Assembly (NCBI GenBank): GCA_043826585.1
Contig: JBDRPZ010000043.1
Span: 481 to 64,480 of the forward strand
Reading direction: 5' to 3'
DNA length: 64,000 nt
Origin: Pseudomonadota bacterium
GTDB taxonomy: Bacteria; Pseudomonadota; Gammaproteobacteria; Burkholderiales; Gallionellaceae
Position numbers and translations under genes: made by a program
The notes under the pieces: model-generated
What the model saw: the letters and a program-made list of their open reading frames with translations, nothing else
Databases searched by the model: none
Told to the model about the DNA's origin: nothing
In this document: piece after piece, positions 10,046-18,531 of the stretch
How the letters are laid out: each line of letters starts with the position of its first letter
How positions within the stretch are numbered: position 1 is the stretch's first letter

Positions 10046-10432
10046 ATGCAACACCTCACCCCGAAAGAAGCTTACGATTTTCTGCAGGCCAATCCCGAAG
10101 CCGTGTTTGTCGATGTGCGCAGTGAGATGGAATATATGTTCGTCGGTCATCCGCGCGGCTCCATCCATATTCCCTGGGTGGACGGACCGGACTGGGAGAT
10201 CGATCCCATGTTCGTTGCGCATGTGCGCAAAGCTGCCAGCGTGAATCGTCCGGTGGTGCTGATCTGCCGTTCCGGTCGTCGTTCCGCCGATGCAGGCTTG
10301 GCACTGGAGAACGCGGGACTGAAGGATATCTACAACGTCACGCACGGCTTCGAAGGCGACCTTGACGATAATCATCATCGCAATTCGCACAACGGCTGGC
10401 GCTTCGAGGGCCTGCCCTGGGCCCAGACATAA
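10046..10432 (+). CDS. single-domain rhodanese (sulfurtransferase)
   Basis: 128 aa with active-site loop CRSGRRS. AGGAG at 10033-10037. A TATAAT box lies at 10007-10012 upstream. Confidence 0.85.
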   Translation: MQHLTPKEAYDFLQANPEAVFVDVRSEMEYMFVGHPRGSIHIPWVDGPDWEIDPMFVAHVRKAASVNRPVVLICRSGRRSADAGLALENAGLKDIYNVTHGFEGDLDDNHHRNSHNGWRFEGLPWAQT

Positions 10433-10451
10433 AGTAATCCCTCCTGCGGTA

Positions 10452-10490
10452 TCCATGGCCGCATCTTTGCGGCAATATTGCGGCCATGGA
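10452..10490 (+). promoter_or_regulatory. perfect 12-bp-stem hairpin covering the start codon of the C-S lyase gene
   Basis: TCCATGGCCGCA (10452-10463) pairs with TGCGGCCATGGA (10479-10490) across a 15-nt loop. The right arm contains ATG 10486. Confidence 0.4.
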
Positions 10491-11649
10491 TAAACGCTTT
10501 GATTCAGCTCCCGATCGCCACAACACCGCCAGCCTGAAATACGATCTGCGCCGCGAGATATTCGGCCGCGCGGATGTCATCCCCCTGTGGGTGGCCGATA
10601 TGGATTTCGCCGTGCCTGAAGCGGTGCAGCGCGCATTGTCGCAACGCGCCGAGCATCCCGTGTTCGGTTACACCATCCATCCCAAATCCATGTATGACGC
10701 GCAGATGCACTGGCTGTCCACTCGCCACGGTTGGGACATCACGCGCGAATCCATCCTGTTCTGCCCCGGGGTCGTGCCTTCATTACATGCCTGCATCATG
10801 GGTTTGAGCCAGCCCGGCGACGGTGTGATCGTGCAGCCACCTGTGTATGCGCCGTTCCTGACTGCCGCCGAGACCTGCGGGCGCAAGTCATTGCTCAATC
10901 CCCTCAAGCTTGAAGATGGTCGATACACTTTCGATCTGGATGACCTCGAACGTTGTGCGCGTGAAGGCGGACGCATGTTGGTCCTGTGTTCGCCGCACAA
11001 TCCGGTCGGACGCGTGTGGCAGCGTGAAGAATTGCAGGCGCTACTGCTGGTGTGCGAAAAGCATGACATCACAGTGGTCTCGGACGAGATCCATGCCGAC
11101 CTGATCTATCCCGGTTTCAAGCATGTGCCACTTGCCACGCTGAACGACAAGGTGAACATCGTCACCGCTGTCGCGCCCAGCAAGACTTTCAACATTCCCG
11201 GTCTTGGCCTGTCCACACTCATCGTGCCGGAAGAGGCGGATCGTAAAGCCATCACCCGGGCATTCGACACGTTGCATGTCGGTGCCTACAACCCGTTCAG
11301 CATCGCCGCATTCGAAGCGGCGTATCGCGAAGGTGCGCCCTGGCTGGATGACTTGATGGTGTATCTGGCCGGTACGCGCGACATGGTGCGCGACTATCTG
11401 CAACAGCATCTGCCGCAGATCAAAATGATCGAGCCGGAAGGGACCTATCTGTTGTGGCTCGATTGCCGCGAGATGGGCTTGGGCGACAAACAGCTTAAAG
11501 ACTTCTTCGTGAAACAAGCGGGTGTCGGTTTGAGTCCGGGCACGATGTTCGGCACCGAGGGCCGCGGCCACATGCGCATGAACATCGGCGCACCGCGCAG
11601 TCTCATCATGCAAGCATTGCAGAATATCTCAACCGTGATGCACGCCTGA
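10486..11649 (+). CDS. PatB/MalY-type PLP-dependent C-S lyase (cystathionine beta-lyase-like aminotransferase)
   Basis: 387 aa with a class I/II aminotransferase pattern (...CSPHNPVGRVW..., ...APSKTFNIPGL... with the PLP lysine). Confidence 0.85.
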   Translation: MDKRFDSAPDRHNTASLKYDLRREIFGRADVIPLWVADMDFAVPEAVQRALSQRAEHPVFGYTIHPKSMYDAQMHWLSTRHGWDITRESILFCPGVVPSLHACIMGLSQPGDGVIVQPPVYAPFLTAAETCGRKSLLNPLKLEDGRYTFDLDDLERCAREGGRMLVLCSPHNPVGRVWQREELQALLLVCEKHDITVVSDEIHADLIYPGFKHVPLATLNDKVNIVTAVAPSKTFNIPGLGLSTLIVPEEADRKAITRAFDTLHVGAYNPFSIAAFEAAYREGAPWLDDLMVYLAGTRDMVRDYLQQHLPQIKMIEPEGTYLLWLDCREMGLGDKQLKDFFVKQAGVGLSPGTMFGTEGRGHMRMNIGAPRSLIMQALQNISTVMHA

Positions 11650-12489
11650 TTAGCGCTTGCCGAAGCGCAGCACCAGCAATATCCCCCCCAGTACCAGCAC
11701 AGCAGACACGATCAGGTCGCGCGTGACAGCTTCGCCTAATAACAGGATGCCCGCGATGGCGGCCAGCACCGGCGCGGAGAGTTGCACCGTCGAGGCGGTC
11801 ATCGCACGCATGTGTTGCAGCACGCGATACCACAGCACATAACCCAAGGCAGAGGTCATCGCGCCCGATAGCACGGCATACAACACGCCTTGCGCATCCA
11901 GTTGCAGCCATGGCAGGGCTATCAGCGAGAGGGCGACAGTCAGCGGCGCGGCGCGCAGGAAGTTACCTGCGGTGGCCGCAGCCGGATTCTCCTGTCCCCT
12001 GCCCAACATGGAATACACCCCCCAGGCGATGCCGCTCGCCAGCATCAATATCGAATCCAGCACCGACGGTGCTTCGACGCCGGGCGACACCAGGATCACC
12101 AGGCCGACCATCGCAGACACGAAACCCGCTTTCTGGATGTGCGTCATACGTTCACCCGCGATGAATCCCGCGATGAGCATGGTCGCCTGCACCGCTCCGA
12201 ATAGCATCAGCGCTCCCGCGCCGGTGTCTATGCTGCGGTAAGCGAAGGAGAGGGCGACGGCATAGATGAATAGAGCCGTCGCGCTGCGCCAGTTGCCGTG
12301 CGCGAGCGGTGCCTGTCTTTGCAGACTCATCAACATCCACAACATCGCAGCACCTGACAGCAGCCGCACGCTGGTGAAAGTGGCCGCGTCGATGGCGGTC
12401 TCTTTCAGTGCCATACGGCAGAGCAATGAATTGCCGGCGAAGGCGATCATGGTCAGCGTGGTGAGGATGGCGAGGCGGAGGCGAGTCAA
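11650..12489 (-). CDS. EamA/DMT-family transporter
   Basis: 279 aa, about 10 hydrophobic helices, duplicated EamA pattern. TTG start lies 10 nt after the egtD stop. Confidence 0.8.
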   Translation of the reverse strand: MTRLRLAILTTLTMIAFAGNSLLCRMALKETAIDAATFTSVRLLSGAAMLWMLMSLQRQAPLAHGNWRSATALFIYAVALSFAYRSIDTGAGALMLFGAVQATMLIAGFIAGERMTHIQKAGFVSAMVGLVILVSPGVEAPSVLDSILMLASGIAWGVYSMLGRGQENPAAATAGNFLRAAPLTVALSLIALPWLQLDAQGVLYAVLSGAMTSALGYVLWYRVLQHMRAMTASTVQLSAPVLAAIAGILLLGEAVTRDLIVSAVLVLGGILLVLRFGKR

Positions 12490-12498
12490 GATGTTTGT

Positions 12499-13488
12499 TC
12501 AGCGCGCCAGCTTCAGCGGCTCGGCTGCGGACTGGCCAAGGTAATGCACGTTGAATAATTCGTTCTCGTCGCGCCAGGTAGATTGCAGGTGCCAGCCAGC
12601 GGAGCGGGCCAGCTGCCGGAATTCCTGCGCGGTGTATTTGTAGGAGTTCTCGGTGTGGATGCTCTCGCCCTCATCGAACTCGAACGATTCACCGTTCAGT
12701 CGTATCGCTTGTTTGCGGCGGCTGACCAGATGCATCTCGATGCGCCCGTGCGCCTCGTTGTAATACGCATGATGTGCGAACTGTTCCGCGTCGAGGTGCG
12801 CGCCGAGTTCGCTTTGCATGCGCTTCAGCAGATTGATGTTGAAGGCGGCGGTGTGACCCGCGGCATCGTTGTAAGCGGCATTCAATATCCCGGTAGATTT
12901 CTTTGCATCCACGCCGATCAGCAAGCCGCCACTTGGTCCGACCAGGTCTGCGACGCGTTTGAGCAACTTCACGGCTTCGTCCGGTGTGCAATTGCCGATA
13001 GTGGAGCCGGGAAAGAACACCACCTGACGTTTACCCGCATGGTGCTTGAGCGCATGGCCGGGCAGTTGATGGTAGTCGGCGCACAGCGGTTGCATCCTGA
13101 GTTTCGGGAACATCTCTTGCAGGCGCTGTGTGCTTTGTTGCAGGTGCGAGTCGCAGATGTCGACAGGGATGTAAGCGGCATCATCGTCCAGATGCTGCAG
13201 GATCAACGGCGTCTTGATCGCGCTGCCGCTGCCCAGTTCGATCAGCGTGCATGATCTGCCGATCATCTCTGCCATCTCCGCGCCGTGACGTTCAAGGATG
13301 GCGGTCTCGGTGCGTGTGGGGTAATACTCCGGCGTCTCGCAGATCAGGTCGAACAAGTGCGAGCCGTGCGCGTCATAGAAATACTTGGGCGGGATGCTCT
13401 TGGGACGACTGCGCAAACCTTCGCGCACGCTACACAGGAAGTCGTCCTCTTCCTGATCCTGCGAAGGGGTGGGTGATTCGTTGCGCAT
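12499..13488 (-). CDS. egtD: L-histidine N-alpha-methyltransferase EgtD
   Basis: 329 aa with the signature ...PKYFYDAHGSHLFDLICETPEYYPTRTE... and SAM-binding ELGSGS. Confidence 0.9.
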   Translation of the reverse strand: MRNESPTPSQDQEEDDFLCSVREGLRSRPKSIPPKYFYDAHGSHLFDLICETPEYYPTRTETAILERHGAEMAEMIGRSCTLIELGSGSAIKTPLILQHLDDDAAYIPVDICDSHLQQSTQRLQEMFPKLRMQPLCADYHQLPGHALKHHAGKRQVVFFPGSTIGNCTPDEAVKLLKRVADLVGPSGGLLIGVDAKKSTGILNAAYNDAAGHTAAFNINLLKRMQSELGAHLDAEQFAHHAYYNEAHGRIEMHLVSRRKQAIRLNGESFEFDEGESIHTENSYKYTAQEFRQLARSAGWHLQSTWRDENELFNVHYLGQSAAEPLKLAR

Positions 13489-13586
13489 CAGATGTCCTCC
13501 GCCAGACGCAGACCGGAGAACATCCAGCGGTCCGCAGCCCGGAAAAAGTTGCGGTAACTAACGCGCATATGATCCTGTGCATTGAC
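13488..13586 (-). other. in-frame continuation of egtB after its TGA, encoding the conserved EgtB C-terminus
   Basis: 32 sense codons [32 protein letters not shown] in the egtB frame. The terminating TGA (13490-13488) overlaps the egtD ATG. Confidence 0.75.
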
Positions 13587-14726
13587 TCAACAACCGCCGC
13601 GCAACACCATCTGGTCGCACATGAACTTGCCGTTGTATTCGCCCAGCGTGCCGGGCAGCGGTTTGAAACCGGGATAGGGCAGGTAGGCGCTCTGCGTCCA
13701 TTCCCACAGGTCGCCGTATAGCTGTGTCATGCCGCTCTGCTGCGCGGGACGCGGCACATACAAACCGTTGTCGAGGAAGTTGCCCGCAATAGGCTGCGCA
13801 CTCGCTGCATGCTCCCATTCCGCCTCGCTCGGCAGCCGCTTGCCCGCCCAGCGTGCATAGGCATCCGCCTCGTAATAACTCAGGTGCGACACCGGCTCGT
13901 TCAGCCGCAGTGCATGCGCGCCGGTGAGGTCGAAATGCATCCAGTCACGATCCTGTTTGAACCAGTACAACGGTGCTTGCCATCCCTGTTCCTTGATTGT
14001 GCGCCACGCATCGGACAGCCACAGATCGACGCGCTCATAACCACCGTCTTCGATGAAAGCCAGATACTCCGCGTTGTTCACCAGTCGCGTGGCAAGACGA
14101 AAATCCTGCATGTAAGTCTTGTGGAGGGGGCGCTCGTTGTCGTAGGCGAATGCATCGCCGCTGTGTCCGATCTCGACGATACCTGCAGGGAATTCCTGCC
14201 AGCCCATCGCGGGCACCGATGCGGCGGGGGGCGGCTCGATCCGGTGATAGACCGGATGCAGCGGATTGATGGAGAAGTTGTAACGCGTATCCATCAGCAG
14301 CAACTCCTGATGCTGGATTTCGTGCTCCAGTCCCAGCTGCAAACGCTGGCGGATATCGGCGGCGTGTTGTTCGGGCACATTGCTTAGCAGATCGAGCAGT
14401 GCGCCATCGACATGATAACGATAGTCGTATACCTCCTGCACGGTCGGGCGCGACAGCATGCCGCGCTGCGGACGCGGGAAGAAGGTGCCTGCCGTCTCGT
14501 AATAGGAATTGAACAGGTGCGCATATTCTTCGCGCAGCATGCGGTAACCCTTCGCATACGGTACGAGGATGAACATCTCGAAGAACCAGGTGACATGCGC
14601 AAGATGCCACTTGGGCGGACTCACGCTCTCCATCGCCTGTATGCAGTAGTCCTCGGCCTCAAGCGGGGCGCACAATGCTTCGGAACGCGCACGCACCGTG
14701 CGGTAACGCTCGATCAGTTCATCCAT
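13587..14726 (-). CDS. egtB: ergothioneine sulfoxide synthase EgtB, truncated as sequenced by an in-frame TGA at 13587-13589
   Basis: 379-aa ORF. DinB-like N-terminus (SPPKWHLAHVTWFFE) followed by an FGE-sulfatase domain, ending ...VLRGGC. The full-length frame is 13488..14726 (413 codons). Confidence 0.85.
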   Translation of the reverse strand: MDELIERYRTVRARSEALCAPLEAEDYCIQAMESVSPPKWHLAHVTWFFEMFILVPYAKGYRMLREEYAHLFNSYYETAGTFFPRPQRGMLSRPTVQEVYDYRYHVDGALLDLLSNVPEQHAADIRQRLQLGLEHEIQHQELLLMDTRYNFSINPLHPVYHRIEPPPAASVPAMGWQEFPAGIVEIGHSGDAFAYDNERPLHKTYMQDFRLATRLVNNAEYLAFIEDGGYERVDLWLSDAWRTIKEQGWQAPLYWFKQDRDWMHFDLTGAHALRLNEPVSHLSYYEADAYARWAGKRLPSEAEWEHAASAQPIAGNFLDNGLYVPRPAQQSGMTQLYGDLWEWTQSAYLPYPGFKPLPGTLGEYNGKFMCDQMVLRGGC

Positions 14727-14733
14727 CGTTTCG

Positions 14734-15024
14734 TCACTCCTCTATGGTGACGCCGTGCCAGAACGCGACGTGATCCTTGATGCGGGCCGCCATGGCTGAC
14801 GGCTCGGGGTAGTACCATGCTGCATCCTCATTCACTTTCCCGTCAACCTCGACGTTGTAATAACTCGCTTCACCCTTCCACACGCAATGCGAGTGCGAGC
14901 TGCTGGGCTTGAGGTATTCCTGCTTCACGGATGATAGCGGGAAATAGATGTTGCCTTCCACGCGATGGATATCCTTGCTCGCCGCTTCGGCGATGATCTG
15001 ATCGTTCCAGATGGCTTTGGGCAT
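14734..15024 (-). CDS. DUF427 domain protein
   Basis: 96 aa. Pattern ...VEGNIYFP...HCVWKGEASYYNV...AAWYYPEP... is typical of DUF427. Its stop lies 7 nt upstream of the egtB start. Confidence 0.8.
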   Translation of the reverse strand: MPKAIWNDQIIAEAASKDIHRVEGNIYFPLSSVKQEYLKPSSSHSHCVWKGEASYYNVEVDGKVNEDAAWYYPEPSAMAARIKDHVAFWHGVTIEE

Positions 15025-15123
15025 GTTGTTCTCCTGTATGGCTAGTGTTCGATTGGTGGCCGTTGCTATGTGTCAGTCGCTTGATATCCGTTGAACCTTA
15101 CAGTGTGATGAATCCTCATCGAT

Positions 15124-15351
15124 CTATTCATCGCAACACCGCATCTCGTTGCGTGCCGCGCTGTAACTCGATACGCAGAACGGCACTACGAAGTTGAGCA
15201 ACATCTGTGTCAGGTTGATGGGGCCGCCCGAGATCAGATTGCCGCCCTGATTCACCAGGTTGAGCAGGCTGCCGACCACCAGCGCCACCTTCAATGCCGG
15301 GAACATGATCTGGCGGCGGCTGGCGATGCGGAGCAGGCGTATCAAGCGCAT
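15124..15351 (-). CDS. NrtS-like small membrane protein (putative nitrate/nitrite transporter family)
   Basis: 75 aa with two hydrophobic segments. ALKVALVVGSLLNLVNQG...VVPFCVSSYSA resembles the NrtS family as I recall it. Confidence 0.55.
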   Translation of the reverse strand: MRLIRLLRIASRRQIMFPALKVALVVGSLLNLVNQGGNLISGGPINLTQMLLNFVVPFCVSSYSAARNEMRCCDE

Positions 15352-15359
15352 GACACTGG

Positions 15360-15806
15360 CTAACGGAAGTGGCGGCGCAGGATGCGCTCTGCATCAGGTG
15401 CGGCGATGTCTTCCTTGTTCAGGAACAGGAACACATCACGTTCGCCCAGCTTCGGATGTCCTTCCGCCTTGGCGTTGAACGGCAGGATGGTCGCGCCGGG
15501 GTGCAGGTCGCTCACGATGCGCTGCAGGGTGGGCTGGGTCGAATCGAACTCCGTCAATCCCGCGAATATCACCGGCAGGTTCGGATAGTTCTTGCGCAAC
15601 GCGGCGAACACCTCCGCGGGCTTGGCCGGTATGGAAGAGACGACCGCCGTCGAGATGATCGCGCCGCTGAACGACCCAAGTTTGCCGGGATGTATATCGC
15701 CGATGTCCTCCAGTTTGCTCGGCTGGTATCCGTTCTTTTCGAGGAAAGGCCTCATCTCCGAAACGATGAATGCATGCGGTCGTGCAAGTAAGACTTTCTT
15801 GGCCAT
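15360..15806 (-). CDS. hypothetical protein (148 aa)
   Basis: ATG ORF co-directional with its neighbours. Family not recognised. Confidence 0.5.
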   Translation of the reverse strand: MAKKVLLARPHAFIVSEMRPFLEKNGYQPSKLEDIGDIHPGKLGSFSGAIISTAVVSSIPAKPAEVFAALRKNYPNLPVIFAGLTEFDSTQPTLQRIVSDLHPGATILPFNAKAEGHPKLGERDVFLFLNKEDIAAPDAERILRRHFR

Positions 15807-15816
15807 GGTGCGCGCC

Positions 15817-16680
15817 TTATGCGGTGGCTACGCCATGTTGGCGCAGCACCTCCAGAAAGGTGTCTGGCTCGGGTCGCACGCTGTAGTTGTCCGTCTCGTG
15901 CGACCACAGAATCTTGCCGTCCTTGCCGGTGATGATCACCGTCGGCATCACTGTGTCGCTGTCGTAGCCAAGTACCTGCATGCCCATGGGCAGGCCGTTC
16001 TTGTGTTCGATGCCCAATGCACGTGCGGCTGCATTGCCTTCATCGGTGAGGAAATCGAACTTCGCGTCGTAGGTTTTGGAAATACCGATGGTGTTCTCGT
16101 GCGGTTGCGGGGCGATGAAGGCGACGCGCACGCCGAGTGCATCGATCTCTTTGTAGCGCGCAATCAGTTCTTTCAATTGCGCGGAGCAGAACGGGCACCA
16201 GTTGCCGCGATAGAAGATCAGGATCGCAGGACGGTCGGTCAATTGTGACGAGCTGACCATCTTGTCGTTCACATCGCGCACGCTGAAGTGCGGCAGTTTC
16301 GCGCCGACCATCAGTTTTTCGCTGGGCTGACGGTTGTCGTAGGTCGAGAACCAGTATGAGTACAACAGGAAGGTCACCCAGCCGCTGGCAGCCAGCAATG
16401 CCGCCACAGCTTCTGCGCCAGTGGTCGCCCATTCAAACGCGGCCAGCGCTGCGCCAGCCAGTCCCAGCACATTGATAACGGGAAAGTGTTCGCTGGTGCG
16501 TGCAAGGTTCTTCAGCATCATGGCGCGCATGATCACGGTCAGGATGGGGGCTACGGTCAGCATCACGCCGCCCCAGACCATCGGTGCGCCGCCTTGAGAG
16601 AGCATCCAGCCCGCATACGCGGCGATGCCCATGATGACCATCATGTATGTACTGATGAAGATGGATTTGAGCAGGTTCAT
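15817..16680 (-). CDS. membrane-anchored peroxiredoxin-like (AhpC/TSA-redoxin) protein
   Basis: About 4 N-terminal TM helices, then a redoxin domain with FYRGNWCPFCSAQL. ATG 16680 has GGAG 6 nt upstream. The ORF-track start at 16692 is TTG. Confidence 0.75.
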   Translation of the reverse strand: MNLLKSIFISTYMMVIMGIAAYAGWMLSQGGAPMVWGGVMLTVAPILTVIMRAMMLKNLARTSEHFPVINVLGLAGAALAAFEWATTGAEAVAALLAASGWVTFLLYSYWFSTYDNRQPSEKLMVGAKLPHFSVRDVNDKMVSSSQLTDRPAILIFYRGNWCPFCSAQLKELIARYKEIDALGVRVAFIAPQPHENTIGISKTYDAKFDFLTDEGNAAARALGIEHKNGLPMGMQVLGYDSDTVMPTVIITGKDGKILWSHETDNYSVRPEPDTFLEVLRQHGVATA

Positions 16681-16737
16681 TTTAGTCTCCAATGTGTCCG
16701 GTTGCCGCCGCGCGATCGCGCGGCGGATGGTGCGTGC

Positions 16738-17325
16738 TTATGCCGCCTTCTTGCAGCAGGCATACTCGTCAGGTGCCTGCCAGGCTTCGTTGGCGAATGC
16801 GGCATCCAGCGGCGTGTCGGTCAGGTGGTTGGTGTAGTTGCTCAGTGTCTTCATGGTGACGCCGAGCAATACTTCCAGCGCGTTCTGTTGCGTATAACCG
16901 GCGGCGAAGAAATCCTTCAGCTCCTGACTGCCGACCACCCAGCCGCGCTCGCGCACTACGGCACGGGTGAATGCCACCAGCGCATTCAGCTTCTGGTCCT
17001 GCAGGCAGCCTTGTGCACGCAGTGCATCGACGCGCGCACCGTCGACCTTGACCAGGTTGCGTGCGAGGAATGAATGCGCGGCTACGCAGTATTCGCAGCG
17101 GTTCTCGATGCTGGCCGAGATCAATACGATCTGCTGCTCTTCCGGGGTGAGGGCGCTCTGCTCTAGCAATGCGCCCAGTTGCTTGTAGGCGCTCAGCGCG
17201 TTCGGTGCTTCAGCCAGATGCGCATACAGATTGGGGATGAAGCCCAGGCCTTTGTTGGCGGCTTCGAGGATGGGCAAAGCGCCGACGGGCGCGCTTGCGA
17301 GGTCATGCAGTTTGAATGTGTTCAC
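16738..17325 (-). CDS. carboxymuconolactone decarboxylase/AhpD-like family protein
   Basis: CxxC-type motif ENRCEYCVAAH. The probable start is GTG 17325 with AGGAGA upstream (family N-terminus ..NTFKLHDLASAP). The longest ORF starts at 17373. Confidence 0.8.
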   Translation of the reverse strand: MNTFKLHDLASAPVGALPILEAANKGLGFIPNLYAHLAEAPNALSAYKQLGALLEQSALTPEEQQIVLISASIENRCEYCVAAHSFLARNLVKVDGARVDALRAQGCLQDQKLNALVAFTRAVVRERGWVVGSQELKDFFAAGYTQQNALEVLLGVTMKTLSNYTNHLTDTPLDAAFANEAWQAPDEYACCKKAA

Positions 17326-17441
17326 GGTCGTCTCCTGAATGGGTTGGGCAACGTATTTGTTGCGTGGACCCATTGTCAGGATGCGGAGGCTTGCCCTCCA
17401 TGACCGGAACAGCGTGATTTATGTCCGAACGTCCGGAAGCT

Positions 17442-18341
17442 TCAGCCGCGCACCTTGCCCGGCGGCACGCCGACGATGCGCTTGAACGCCTTGCGGAACG
17501 CGGCTTCCGATTCGTAGCCGCAGCGCAGCGCGATATCCAGCATGTTGGCGCGTTCGTCCGCCAGCATGGCTGTCGCCATCTGCATGCGCCAGGTCGCCAC
17601 GAATTCCATGGGCGGCATCTTCACCATCTGGCTGAAGCGGTCAGAGAACGCGGAGCGCGACTGGCAGGCCAGGGCCGCCATGCGTTCCACTGTCCAGACT
17701 TCGGCAGGCGCATCGATGAAGGCGGATACGGCTGGGCGCAGGTGTTCATCCGCTAGCGCGGACAGCAGTGGCGAAAGTTTGGGGTCCATCTCCAGTACAT
17801 GGCGCATCACATACAGGAACAGGATATCGGCCAGCCGGTCGAGGATCGCATTCGCGCCCAGCGCATTCTGCATCGCTTCATCCGTCATCAACTCGATCAA
17901 TGTGCGTATCTGAACGCCGGGCGGACTCTTGTCCGGGCGGATCAGCAGGAAGTCGGGGAAGGCAGCCAGCAGCAGGCGGCGGATGTGCGGCGGCAGATAC
18001 AGATGTCCGCATAACAGACCGGCACCCGGTGCATCGCGGTCCAGCGGGGCAGGGTGGCGGAAATCGCAGGCCTGTTCCGGGATGCCGGGCACGGCGCTGA
18101 AGGTGTGCGATGCGTCATGCGCGAAGAGGGCGATGTCTCCCGCATTCATGCGCGCGGGTTTGCTGCCGTCCGGCATCACGATCCACGCCTCGCCGTGACA
18201 CACCAGATGGAAAGTCGTCGCGTCCGAGCCGCCGGGAGTGGACATGTGCCATGCATCGCACAACTGGCCGACGTAATACACCTCGGCGCCGAGATGCAGG
18301 CGGCGCAGGAAGTCGTTGACCGGAAGCGGTGTTGTGTTCAT
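17442..18341 (-). CDS. AraC-family transcriptional regulator with N-terminal cupin domain
   Basis: 299 aa. C-terminal double HTH (...ALACQSRSAFSDRFSQ..., ...IALRCGYESEAAFRKAFKR...). Confidence 0.85.
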   Translation of the reverse strand: MNTTPLPVNDFLRRLHLGAEVYYVGQLCDAWHMSTPGGSDATTFHLVCHGEAWIVMPDGSKPARMNAGDIALFAHDASHTFSAVPGIPEQACDFRHPAPLDRDAPGAGLLCGHLYLPPHIRRLLLAAFPDFLLIRPDKSPPGVQIRTLIELMTDEAMQNALGANAILDRLADILFLYVMRHVLEMDPKLSPLLSALADEHLRPAVSAFIDAPAEVWTVERMAALACQSRSAFSDRFSQMVKMPPMEFVATWRMQMATAMLADERANMLDIALRCGYESEAAFRKAFKRIVGVPPGKVRG

Positions 18342-18348
18342 CCGGCTC

Positions 18349-18525
18349 TCAGAGTTTGCGCGGCAGTTCGCGTGCCGCCTTGCGGATGAAGGCGAGTTGT
18401 TTCTCGAAGTTGCGGCAACCCCGGCACATCAGCAGATGCATGCGCATGGCGATGCGCTCGCGCAAGGTGATGGGGCGGTCGTAGGATTGCGACAGGAGTT
18501 CGGTGTTGTGTTTGCAGTCGAGCAT
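18349..18525 (-). CDS. zinc-binding (ZAS, zf-HC2) anti-sigma factor, 58 aa, missing from the ORF track
   Basis: MLDCKHNTELLSQSYDRPITLRERIAMRMHLLMCRGCRNFEKQLAFIRKAARELPRKL carries an HxxxCxxC motif. It starts 7 nt after the sigma-factor stop. Confidence 0.7.
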   Translation of the reverse strand: MLDCKHNTELLSQSYDRPITLRERIAMRMHLLMCRGCRNFEKQLAFIRKAARELPRKL

Positions 18526-18531
18526 GTATGG

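Noticed and set aside
13500-13590. Selenocysteine insertion as the explanation for the egtB TGA.
   Set aside because: Not adopted as the call. By eye I found no convincing stem-loop at the spacing expected for a bacterial SECIS downstream of the UGA, and no sel genes are in the window. It stays a testable alternative because the TGA aligns with a Cys/Trp column.
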